From Candidatus Woesearchaeota archaeon (GTDB lineage Archaea > Nanobdellota > Nanobdellia > SCGC-AAA011-G17 > JACPNG01): a stretch of DNA of 64,000 nucleotides. Below, one piece after another: positions 46,580 to 54,682 of the stretch (its first letter is position 1; each line of letters begins with the position of its first letter). Position numbers and translations under genes: made by a program. The notes beneath the pieces were generated by a model. It was not told the DNA's origin. It was given only the letters and a program-made list of their open reading frames with translations, and did not search any database. Location of the stretch: assembly GCA_016185605.1 (NCBI GenBank), contig JACPNG010000009.1:53838-117837 (forward strand), written 5' to 3'.

Positions 46580-49550
46580 GCTAGAAATAACTAGCTACAG
46601 AAAGAGAATAGAGAATCTAAATAGTAAGATTCAGCTATCTCAATCTAAGAAGAGAGAGATTATTGAATATGTAAAGAGATTGACATTGCTACATCATAAA
46701 TCTAAGATTAGCAATGAGCAGTATAACATAGAGCTATACAGATTCTTAAAAGGAAGTTCTTATGACGAATGGATTAGATATTATGATTCTTATATTAATG
46801 AATGCCATAAAGAAATATCTAATTATAGTAGAGAGATTAATAGATACAAGACAAAAGAGATAATATCAAATAAAGTCATTAATACAGTTTCAAGCCCGTA
46901 CTTCATAATTTTTGCTTTATTAACTATAACATTTGGATTCTTCTTGTTTACAGGAACAACTCCATTTGAACCAACTGGACTAGTCATAGGAAATGTGACA
47001 TTTAATCAAACAAATATTGAATATTTAATCGGAAATAATTTGTCAGATGTAAATGTTACATTAGAATTGAAGAGGAATGATTTAATTCCAGCTGGGTCTA
47101 ATGTAACTGTTATGATTATAAATGAAAATTCATTAATATTAAACATTTCATCAATGAACCTAACAGACTTTATATTGAATTCAACTATTCCATTATGTAC
47201 AAATGGAACTATAGATGTATTGAATGATGTAGATAATGTATATAATTGGGAGGGTGAAACTGCCTATGGTTATGCCCACAATGATACACAATCTGGAGAT
47301 CTAAGTTTCTCATTATGTAATGATGGAGACCCTAATTCCAATATCTATGATGTAAATTTAAGAGAGTTCTTTGAAGGAGGAGATCCAACAGTTCCAAGTG
47401 AGATTGGAATTTATAATATATCTATGAATATCACAAATCAGAGTGATCCCGGAGAAGAACAGGTTGTATTTACAACACAATTATTTGTAGTTGGAAATCC
47501 AGCACCAATATTTGATGAAGTAAGCAACTTTACATTGAATGAAGACTTTGCAACAGCGATAGAATTAAACTTAAGCGATAATGTAACTGATGCAATAGAA
47601 TTAGATAGAGATATAAATTATACTATAACATTAACAGATTCTAGTGTTATAACAGCAGAGTTTGATCTTATTAATGGAACTGGGAATCTAACATTTAGAA
47701 GTGTTGCTAATGTTACAGGAGAAACAAATGTAAATGTAACTGTATATGATTTGAATGGAACTGGGGTAACAAATAGTACCCTATTTACAGTAACAATTAA
47801 TGCAGTAAATGATCCTCCTGGATTAGCTACTATAGCTGACTTTAGTTTGAATGAGGACTTTACAATATTTGAATTGAATATTAGTGAGAATCTAACTGAT
47901 ATAGATGATCCACATAGAGATATTAATTATACTTCAACAAGTTCAGATACGTCTGTAATAACAGTACAAATTGAGAATGGAACTGGAAACTTGACATTCT
48001 TCTCTGTAGCTAATGCTACCGGAAGTTCAACAATCAATATAACAGCATATGATAATAATGGTAGTGTTACAGATGGATTAAATGACAGTAAAGAATTTGT
48101 TATAACAGTAAATGCTGTAAATGACAATCCTTTATTCAATGATATAGGAAACTTCTCAATAACAGAAGACTCTCAACTGCAAGAACTAAACATTTCATTA
48201 AATATTTCAGATGTTGATGATCCTCACAGGGATTTGAATTACACAATATTTGAGAATAATTCTTTATTCTCTATATTGGCAGTAGAGAACGGAACAGGAA
48301 ACTTCACTTATCAACCATCTGGAAATGTAACAGGAACAACTACAATTAATATAACAGTAATAGATTCAAATGGAACTGGATTAATAGAATCAGATACATT
48401 TGACTTGACAATAAATGCCGTTAATGACAAGCCATTATTTGATGCTATAGCAGACATTGACTTGGATGCAAACTTCGCAACATTTGAAATTAATCTAAGC
48501 GATAATGTAACTGATGTGGAAGATCCAGACTCGCAGCTTAATTATACTATTGAAAATAATAATTCAGCCGCATTAACAACAGAATTTGATTTGATTAATG
48601 GAACTGGGAATTTGACAATAAGAGCAGTTCAAGATGTACAAAATACTAATGCAACCATTAACATAACATTATATGACCAAAATGGAGAAGCAGGATATGA
48701 AATAGAAAGCGATGAATTTATTATAACAATAGGGTCAATAACGAATGTGGCTCCAGAAATAACATTCTTATCTGAAAACGTCAATTCAACATTCGATCCA
48801 TTAGAAGGAGACATTAGAAATATAGAGTTTAGTGTTATAATAAATGATTCTGATGGAGATGCTGACATAGGAAATGTTACAGCTAACTTTACGCAAGGGA
48901 CTATTCTAAGAGAGAATATAACAATGTGTGTTCCAGAAGAGACAGGAACAGACACATTTAGCGTCAATTTCTCATGCACTATAGGATTGCAATACTTTGA
49001 CCTTAATGGAGATTATATAATAAACATAGAAGCGAATGATTCACAGGGAGTGACTGCTATTAACAATACTATTACATTGACATATAATCTATTGACTGCA
49101 ATGAATTTAAGTGTAAATGCATTGACATTATCAACTGCAAATCCAGACGACCAAAATATAACAAACAGCACAGACACTAGTTTCTTGAACATAACAAATA
49201 CAGGAAACCAGCCTGGATTGAATATTAGTGTAAATGCATCTGATCTAGGAAATGAAACTACAATATTTACAATACCAGCAGAGAACTTTACATTTGGAAA
49301 TATTAGCATAGATTATACTGGGAGTTCATTCGCTGAATGTATGGATTCTACAATAGATGATCCATTGAATCAAACAACAAATCTTGTAAATGCCACTCTA
49401 ACTTCAGTTAATGGAATAATAGAAAGAGGGGCTGGAGAAACTAGTTCATTATACTTATGCCTAAGGCATGTTCCAGCTGGAATTCCAGGAGTAGCATATA
49501 GCACCTCATTGGGCGGGTCTTGGAGCATACAAGTAGCTCTTGAACCATAA
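46566..49550 (+). CDS. giant type-II membrane surface adhesin: cytoplasmic N-terminal helical domain, one TM, four cadherin-like repeats (...NAVNDxP), and a C-terminal domain shared with the 49659 ORF
   Basis: 994 aa. N-terminal 110 aa charged coiled-coil. TM segment YFIIFALLTITFGFFLF. About four 105-aa repeats each end in INAVNDPP, VNAVNDNP, INAVNDKP or a final GSITNVAP. Extreme N-x-S/T density. Confidence 0.8.
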   Translation: MRKVELEITSYRKRIENLNSKIQLSQSKKREIIEYVKRLTLLHHKSKISNEQYNIELYRFLKGSSYDEWIRYYDSYINECHKEISNYSREINRYKTKEIISNKVINTVSSPYFIIFALLTITFGFFLFTGTTPFEPTGLVIGNVTFNQTNIEYLIGNNLSDVNVTLELKRNDLIPAGSNVTVMIINENSLILNISSMNLTDFILNSTIPLCTNGTIDVLNDVDNVYNWEGETAYGYAHNDTQSGDLSFSLCNDGDPNSNIYDVNLREFFEGGDPTVPSEIGIYNISMNITNQSDPGEEQVVFTTQLFVVGNPAPIFDEVSNFTLNEDFATAIELNLSDNVTDAIELDRDINYTITLTDSSVITAEFDLINGTGNLTFRSVANVTGETNVNVTVYDLNGTGVTNSTLFTVTINAVNDPPGLATIADFSLNEDFTIFELNISENLTDIDDPHRDINYTSTSSDTSVITVQIENGTGNLTFFSVANATGSSTINITAYDNNGSVTDGLNDSKEFVITVNAVNDNPLFNDIGNFSITEDSQLQELNISLNISDVDDPHRDLNYTIFENNSLFSILAVENGTGNFTYQPSGNVTGTTTINITVIDSNGTGLIESDTFDLTINAVNDKPLFDAIADIDLDANFATFEINLSDNVTDVEDPDSQLNYTIENNNSAALTTEFDLINGTGNLTIRAVQDVQNTNATINITLYDQNGEAGYEIESDEFIITIGSITNVAPEITFLSENVNSTFDPLEGDIRNIEFSVIINDSDGDADIGNVTANFTQGTILRENITMCVPEETGTDTFSVNFSCTIGLQYFDLNGDYIINIEANDSQGVTAINNTITLTYNLLTAMNLSVNALTLSTANPDDQNITNSTDTSFLNITNTGNQPGLNISVNASDLGNETTIFTIPAENFTFGNISIDYTGSSFAECMDSTIDDPLNQTTNLVNATLTSVNGIIERGAGETSSLYLCLRHVPAGIPGVAYSTSLGGSWSIQVALEP

Positions 49551-49630
49551 ATAATTAAATAAAATAGAGAATAAACGATAATAAAGTTTATATATAAATA
49601 ATCAATTATAAATGGGATAAAATACAATAA

Positions 49631-49641
49631 GTTTATATATT
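49631..49641 (+). promoter_or_regulatory. candidate TATA box (gtttatatatt) about 23 nt upstream of the ATG at 49659
   Basis: aagtttatatattaaaaag sits directly upstream of the start codon. Leaderless spacing. Confidence 0.3.
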
Positions 49642-49658
49642 AAAAAGAGATAGCAAAA

Positions 49659-50633
49659 ATGATGAATATACAAAAAGGGGATTTTCTATTTATATTTATC
49701 ATAATGGGTGTTTTAATTTTCCTTCCTTTAGCATCTGCTGGATTCTCAGATTGGTTTTCAGGATTAATGGACATAACTGGCTGGCCTGTTGGAGATGTGA
49801 CAACTGTTTCAATAGCATTATCCAATGCTGCTCCAAATGTTAGCGAGGTATCTGCAAATGTAAATTCCTCATTTGATCCTATTGAGGGCGGTTTAAGAGA
49901 GGTTGAATTTACAGTTATAGTGAATGACACAAATGGGGATGCTGATATACAAAATGCTTCAGCCAACTTTACCCAAGGAACTACAGAAAGAGTTAATGGT
50001 ACTTGTGAAAGAGGAGATGTTGGAACAGATAGCGCCAGCGCTAATTTTTCATGTACTATTTCTCTGCAATATTTTAATCCTAATGGAGATTATATAATAA
50101 GGGTTGAGGCAAATGATTCATCTGGACTAGGAGATATAAATAATACTTTAACATTAACATATAATCTATTAACAGCAATGAACTTGTCAGTAAATGCATT
50201 GACATTGGCAGCAGCAGATCCTGACGAATATAATATTACAAATAATTCAGCCACTGACTTCTTGAATATTGAAAATACAGGAAATCAGGCTGGATTGAAT
50301 TTAAGCGTGAATGCATCTGATTTAGGAACAACAAATGCCCAAGCAGGTGCAAATGATTTTATTCCAGCTGAGAACTTTACATTTGCTAACATAAGCATTG
50401 ATTATGACGGGGTGTCAAAAGCAGAATGCATGGATTCTACTTTAGATGGAAATCAAACTACTAATTTGGTTAATGCTACTCTAACAGCTGTTACTGGAAT
50501 AATTGATAGGGGAGCAGCCCAATCAAGTTCATTATATCTATGTTTAGTTCATGTTCCAGCTGGTATTGGGGCATATACTTATGACACAACAAGAGGAGGA
50601 TCATGGAGTGTATTGGTAGCTTCTGAGCCATAA
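49659..50633 (+). CDS. secreted or anchored surface protein, standalone paralog of the C-terminal approximately 290 aa of the 994-aa adhesin
   Basis: 324 aa. N-terminal signal/TM. ...NFTQGT...NFSCTI(S/G)LQYF(N/D)(P/L)NGDYII...EANDS... and LTLTYNLLTAMNLSVNALTL are shared almost verbatim with adhesin residues about 700-994. Confidence 0.75.
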   Translation: MMNIQKGDFLFIFIIMGVLIFLPLASAGFSDWFSGLMDITGWPVGDVTTVSIALSNAAPNVSEVSANVNSSFDPIEGGLREVEFTVIVNDTNGDADIQNASANFTQGTTERVNGTCERGDVGTDSASANFSCTISLQYFNPNGDYIIRVEANDSSGLGDINNTLTLTYNLLTAMNLSVNALTLAAADPDEYNITNNSATDFLNIENTGNQAGLNLSVNASDLGTTNAQAGANDFIPAENFTFANISIDYDGVSKAECMDSTLDGNQTTNLVNATLTAVTGIIDRGAAQSSSLYLCLVHVPAGIGAYTYDTTRGGSWSVLVASEP

Positions 50634-50640
50634 ATAAATA

Positions 50641-51252
50641 ATGGAGAATAAAATGAAGATAATAAAAAAACTGAATATTTTTGTTTTAATAGCTGTATTA
50701 TTGAGCATTAATGTAATTGCATTTGGGGTTTCAACCTCTTATTGGCCTGGGAAGCCATTAGTTTTGGAGCCAGGAGAATCAATGGATGTTTATTTCACAT
50801 TGCAAAATGGAGCTGGCGCTACAGAAGATGTAATAGCAAATGTTGATTTAACTAATGGAAAAGACATTACTCAAATAATAGATGGAAGCAATAGTTATTT
50901 AGTAAAAGCTGGAGGAGAATCTAGAGTAAATTTAAGGGTTCAGATTCCAGATAATGCTAATGTAGGAGATACATATACTGTTGGAATATCAGTTACAGCC
51001 CTGCCAAGCGGAAGGGGGGGTCCAGTTACAATTGGAAGTTCTGTAGATGCCACATTCCCTGTATTGATACAACCTCATGAGCCAGTTCCAACAGCTCCTA
51101 CTGGAGAGGCTGTCAAAGGAATTAAGGGAAGCTATAATATTTATTCTGTTGTGGGATTATTATTGATAATAGCAATAGTAATATTTATATTCTACGAACT
51201 CCATAATAAAAAAAGTGGAACAGAAAAAGGAAAAGGCAAAAAAAGAGATTAA
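50641..51252 (+). CDS. small cell-surface protein with an N-terminal signal/anchor and a C-terminal TM plus basic tail
   Basis: 203 aa. N-terminal IFVLIAVLLSINVIAFG. C-terminal VVGLLLIIAIVIFIFYELHNKKSGTEKGKGKKRD. Confidence 0.6.
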   Translation: MENKMKIIKKLNIFVLIAVLLSINVIAFGVSTSYWPGKPLVLEPGESMDVYFTLQNGAGATEDVIANVDLTNGKDITQIIDGSNSYLVKAGGESRVNLRVQIPDNANVGDTYTVGISVTALPSGRGGPVTIGSSVDATFPVLIQPHEPVPTAPTGEAVKGIKGSYNIYSVVGLLLIIAIVIFIFYELHNKKSGTEKGKGKKRD

Positions 51253-54097
51253 AGAAGTTTTAGTTATAATAATAGTTGTATTGCTATTTTTTCTTTTTAT
51301 AACAAATTACGCAAAGATATTTGAGATAAGTTCAGCTACTATAATTGATGCTGCCACAATATTTGAGATTTTTGCTGTTTCAGACACAACAACTATAGCA
51401 ATTAGTATTCAAACTCCTGTTCCTAATATTACCACTACTCCTATAACTACTGCAACAGAAGATGTATTATATGAATATGATGTTAATGCAACAGGCCATA
51501 ATTTAATCTTCTCAGTAAACAGCAGCGGGCTTTTCACAATTAATTCTGAAAGTGGATTAATTTCATTTACCCCAAGAAATGGACAAAACGGAACACACTC
51601 TATAAATATAAGCGCTTTTGATAATAACAGAAGTATTGACAGCCAAAATTATAGTCTAGTAATAAGTTCAGTAAATGACGCTCCTATTCTAAATACTGTT
51701 GGAGATTTAACTGGCGAAACAGGAAGCTCAAATACATACACAGTAACAGCAACAGACGAGGAGAATGATACATTAACATTCAGCATTCCTAGCAAGGATA
51801 ATGACTTATCTATGACTATAAACAGCAATACTGGGGTTATAACAATCCCTTCTGGCAACACTGCTGGAAATTACTCTGCAACAATAAGGGTTAGCGATGG
51901 CAATAGCAACGATGATGAAGATATAATGGTTAATATAGTAACAACAAATACAGCTCCGGAAATATTGGCTTTCGCTAACAGCATCTCAAATAATTTAGTT
52001 CCAATAATAAGGGAAGATCAAAATATCTCATACAATATAACATATAATGATGATAATGGTAATAACACAGTAAGCATAATATGGAAGCAAAAAAATGGAA
52101 GTTTGAGTTTTGATGATATAAGCAATGGGGAAAATTTTACTTTCTTTGGTGCTGTGGGAAGCACAGAAGGAACCTATCAAATAAAAGCAACTATTTCAGA
52201 CGGATTAACAAGCGTAGATTCAAATATCTCAAATTTAACAGTCACAAAAGTCAAAGATAGCGATGGAGATGGGGTTTTTGACTATACGGATAATTGCAAG
52301 TTTATAAAAAATGCCAACCAGGCAGACAGTAATAGTAACGGCATTGGTGATGTATGCGAGGATGATTTGGACGGAGACGGAGTAGATGATAGTGATGATT
52401 TCATAGATGGTTTTGCCAGTTCAATAAATGCAGTAGACAGCAGCGGAAGCAATATTACAGTAAACTTCACAATCAATAATGATGATAATATTAACCAAAG
52501 TTTTAATGGAGTAAAAACAGTGGCTATAACCTCAACAACTATCGATTCATCTACTGGAAGCACAATTATCGAGCCAATTGTTGAATTTGACCATAATTTT
52601 AACAGCGCAAATAAGCTTGATCTTTCTAATATGAGCATTAAAGAAGAGACAAAAGTCATTAATGGAGAATCCTCTTCTGTTGTTGTTGTTTCTGGGATAT
52701 CTCTTGGGAGCGGAAACACAAAAACAGCATATTTAGAAGTACTATTAGATGGAAATGGTGTTTGCATAAGGGATGAAGAGATTACAAATATAGATGAATT
52801 AAGCACAGACTGCAGCAAGGCTAATGAGAAAAGCATTGGATGTGATGGTAGCACTCAAAACGGATTTACATGCGAGAAAAATACTACATTCAATAAGTAT
52901 AAGATTACTGGATTAAGTTTCAGCGGCATTGGCGAAGAGGAATGCACTGAATCTTGGAGTTGTACCTCATATTCAGCTTGTTCTAATGGACAGCAAACAA
53001 GAACTTGTACAGATTCAAACAATTGCGGCACAACAAATAATAAGCCAGCTGAAAGCCAGTCTTGTGGTGGTAGTGGTGAATCACAAGCTGGCGGAGGAGG
53101 CGGAGGTGGAGGAACTACAGGAAGGGCAGTTGAAAGTAAGATAAAAGAAGGTGTAAGAGTCTTATTAATAGACAATAAACTAATTAATGTCCAGGTTAAA
53201 AAAGGAGACTCATTCAAAAAAACAATAAAGATAAAGAATATAGCAAGTTCTTCTGTAGAGGTTAATCTAGAGCAACAAGATGAATTAAAGGGAATAATAT
53301 CATTCCCAGAGCCAAGGTTTACTCTGGCTTCATTAGAGGAAAGAGAAATAGAAATCCTATTTAATTCCGGAGCTGGAATAGTTCCTGGGGTTTATGTTGG
53401 TGAAATATATGCTGTTTATCAAGATATAAGGGAAAAAATACAGGCTGTAATCGAAATTGAATCTTTAAGGACATTATTTGATGTTACTCTGGATATTCCA
53501 TTAGACTATAAAAAAGTGCTGCCTGGAAAAGAGTTTAGATTGCAAGCTACAATATTTGATTTATCTGGATTGAGATCAGATGTCAATGTTGAGTTTTTCA
53601 TTAGAAACTCAAAAGGCAATACAATATTAAGAGAAAGCCAGATTGTTAGGGTGCAAAATCAAGCTACATTTACCAAGAGCTTTTTGATTCCAGAGGATAT
53701 TCCATTGGGAGAATATATTGTGGGGGCAATTGTCAAGTATAAAGACTCAGTTGGAACTTCCACAAAAAGATTTGATGTAGTTGGTGAAAAAGGATTAATA
53801 GAAATAAGCATACCAAATACTGTTTATTATATTGGTTCTGGGATATTGATGATTTTAATAGCATTATTTGGATTGTATTTATTGCAACAAAGAAGACTAA
53901 AAAGTATAGAAAAATCCCAATCTATTAGGTTGAAGGAATTAGAAAAGAAAACTCCAGAGACTGAAATGGAAAAGACAGATCATAATAAGAAATTAGAAAA
54001 TGAATTAAGCTTGTTGGAAAAGAGCTATAAAGCAGGCTATATCACTAAATCAATATATGAGAAAAGCAAATCCAAGATTGAGAAATTAATGAAATAA
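51215..54097 (+). CDS. large surface protein: N-terminal TM, cadherin-like domain (SVNDAPILNTVGD), thrombospondin type-3-like Ca-binding repeats, Cys-rich module, Gly8 linker, a second TM and a cytoplasmic coiled-coil tail
   Basis: 960 aa. The TSP3-like segment DSDGDGVFDYTDNCKFIKNANQADSNSNGIGDVCEDDLDGDGVDDSDD fits DxDxDGxxDxxDNCPxxxNxxQxDxDxDGxGDxC. Also SQAGGGGGGGGTTGR. C-terminal TM GSGILMILIALFGLYLL followed by a Lys/Glu-rich tail. Confidence 0.8.
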   Translation: MEQKKEKAKKEIKEVLVIIIVVLLFFLFITNYAKIFEISSATIIDAATIFEIFAVSDTTTIAISIQTPVPNITTTPITTATEDVLYEYDVNATGHNLIFSVNSSGLFTINSESGLISFTPRNGQNGTHSINISAFDNNRSIDSQNYSLVISSVNDAPILNTVGDLTGETGSSNTYTVTATDEENDTLTFSIPSKDNDLSMTINSNTGVITIPSGNTAGNYSATIRVSDGNSNDDEDIMVNIVTTNTAPEILAFANSISNNLVPIIREDQNISYNITYNDDNGNNTVSIIWKQKNGSLSFDDISNGENFTFFGAVGSTEGTYQIKATISDGLTSVDSNISNLTVTKVKDSDGDGVFDYTDNCKFIKNANQADSNSNGIGDVCEDDLDGDGVDDSDDFIDGFASSINAVDSSGSNITVNFTINNDDNINQSFNGVKTVAITSTTIDSSTGSTIIEPIVEFDHNFNSANKLDLSNMSIKEETKVINGESSSVVVVSGISLGSGNTKTAYLEVLLDGNGVCIRDEEITNIDELSTDCSKANEKSIGCDGSTQNGFTCEKNTTFNKYKITGLSFSGIGEEECTESWSCTSYSACSNGQQTRTCTDSNNCGTTNNKPAESQSCGGSGESQAGGGGGGGGTTGRAVESKIKEGVRVLLIDNKLINVQVKKGDSFKKTIKIKNIASSSVEVNLEQQDELKGIISFPEPRFTLASLEEREIEILFNSGAGIVPGVYVGEIYAVYQDIREKIQAVIEIESLRTLFDVTLDIPLDYKKVLPGKEFRLQATIFDLSGLRSDVNVEFFIRNSKGNTILRESQIVRVQNQATFTKSFLIPEDIPLGEYIVGAIVKYKDSVGTSTKRFDVVGEKGLIEISIPNTVYYIGSGILMILIALFGLYLLQQRRLKSIEKSQSIRLKELEKKTPETEMEKTDHNKKLENELSLLEKSYKAGYITKSIYEKSKSKIEKLMK

Positions 54098-54107
54098 TTA
54101 TATATAT

Positions 54108-54128
54108 TTATTGTTAACCTATTGTTAA
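54108..54128 (+). promoter_or_regulatory. direct repeat TATTGTTAA-N3-TATTGTTAA immediately upstream of a TATA-like box and the wHTH gene (candidate operator)
   Basis: ttattgttaacctattgttaataatatatataaataat precedes the ATG at 54163 by about 25-55 nt. The two 9-mers are 12 nt apart centre to centre, about one helical turn. Confidence 0.3.
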
Positions 54129-54162
54129 TAATATATATAAATAATAAGAAATTAAAGAATAT

Positions 54163-54441
54163 ATGGATTGGGAATTATTATCTTTTATCAAGAGATCTGT
54201 TCAAAGAACTAGAATATTAGAAGCTATAGACCAGCCAATTACCCCTTCTGAATTAGCTAAAAAAACTAATTTGGCTCCTTCCCATATAAGCAGAACAATA
54301 AAAGAATTCTCTGAAAAAGGGTTATTGGAATGTAAAACCCCCAATCATAATCACGGCAGGATATATTTTCTGACAGATAAAGGCAAAGAAATTACTGAGA
54401 TAATTAAAGGTGGGGAGTTAGCTGATGAATATTCTAAATAG
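54163..54441 (+). CDS. small winged-helix transcriptional regulator (ArsR/MarR-like)
   Basis: 92 aa. PITPSELAKKTNLAPSHISRTIKEFSEKGLLEC is a typical wHTH recognition helix plus wing. Confidence 0.7.
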   Translation: MDWELLSFIKRSVQRTRILEAIDQPITPSELAKKTNLAPSHISRTIKEFSEKGLLECKTPNHNHGRIYFLTDKGKEITEIIKGGELADEYSK

Positions 54442-54486
54442 ATATAATGTATATTTATTATAAATATATTGTTAATTAAATGTAAA

Positions 54487-54580
54487 ATTAGAATCACGGC
54501 AGGATTTATTTTCTGACAGATAAAGGCAAAGAGATTATTAGCTGTTATAATGGGGGAGAAATAGCAGAGAAATATTCTTA
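54487..54580 (+). pseudogene. degenerate duplicate of the 3' end of the wHTH gene
   Basis: gaatcacggcaggatttattttctgacagataaaggcaaagagatt matches 54352-54400 (cacggcaggatatattttctgacagataaaggcaaagaaatt) with 2-3 mismatches. It then reads ...GGEIAEKYS* against the gene's ...GGELADEYSK*. Confidence 0.5.
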
Positions 54581-54682
54581 GATCCTTAATATAGAAATAT
54601 ACTTTAAAACTAAATCTAAAATTTGGTATAGATATAAATTTAAAATAAGAAATAATTTAAATTAAATCTTACTAATTTCTAT

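Noticed and set aside
54442-54682. Integrated-element attachment-site duplication, suggested by the repeated 3' end of the wHTH gene
   Set aside because: The two copies are only about 140 nt apart with no cargo between them, and no integrase or recombinase gene lies nearby. A local tandem duplication or decay is more parsimonious.
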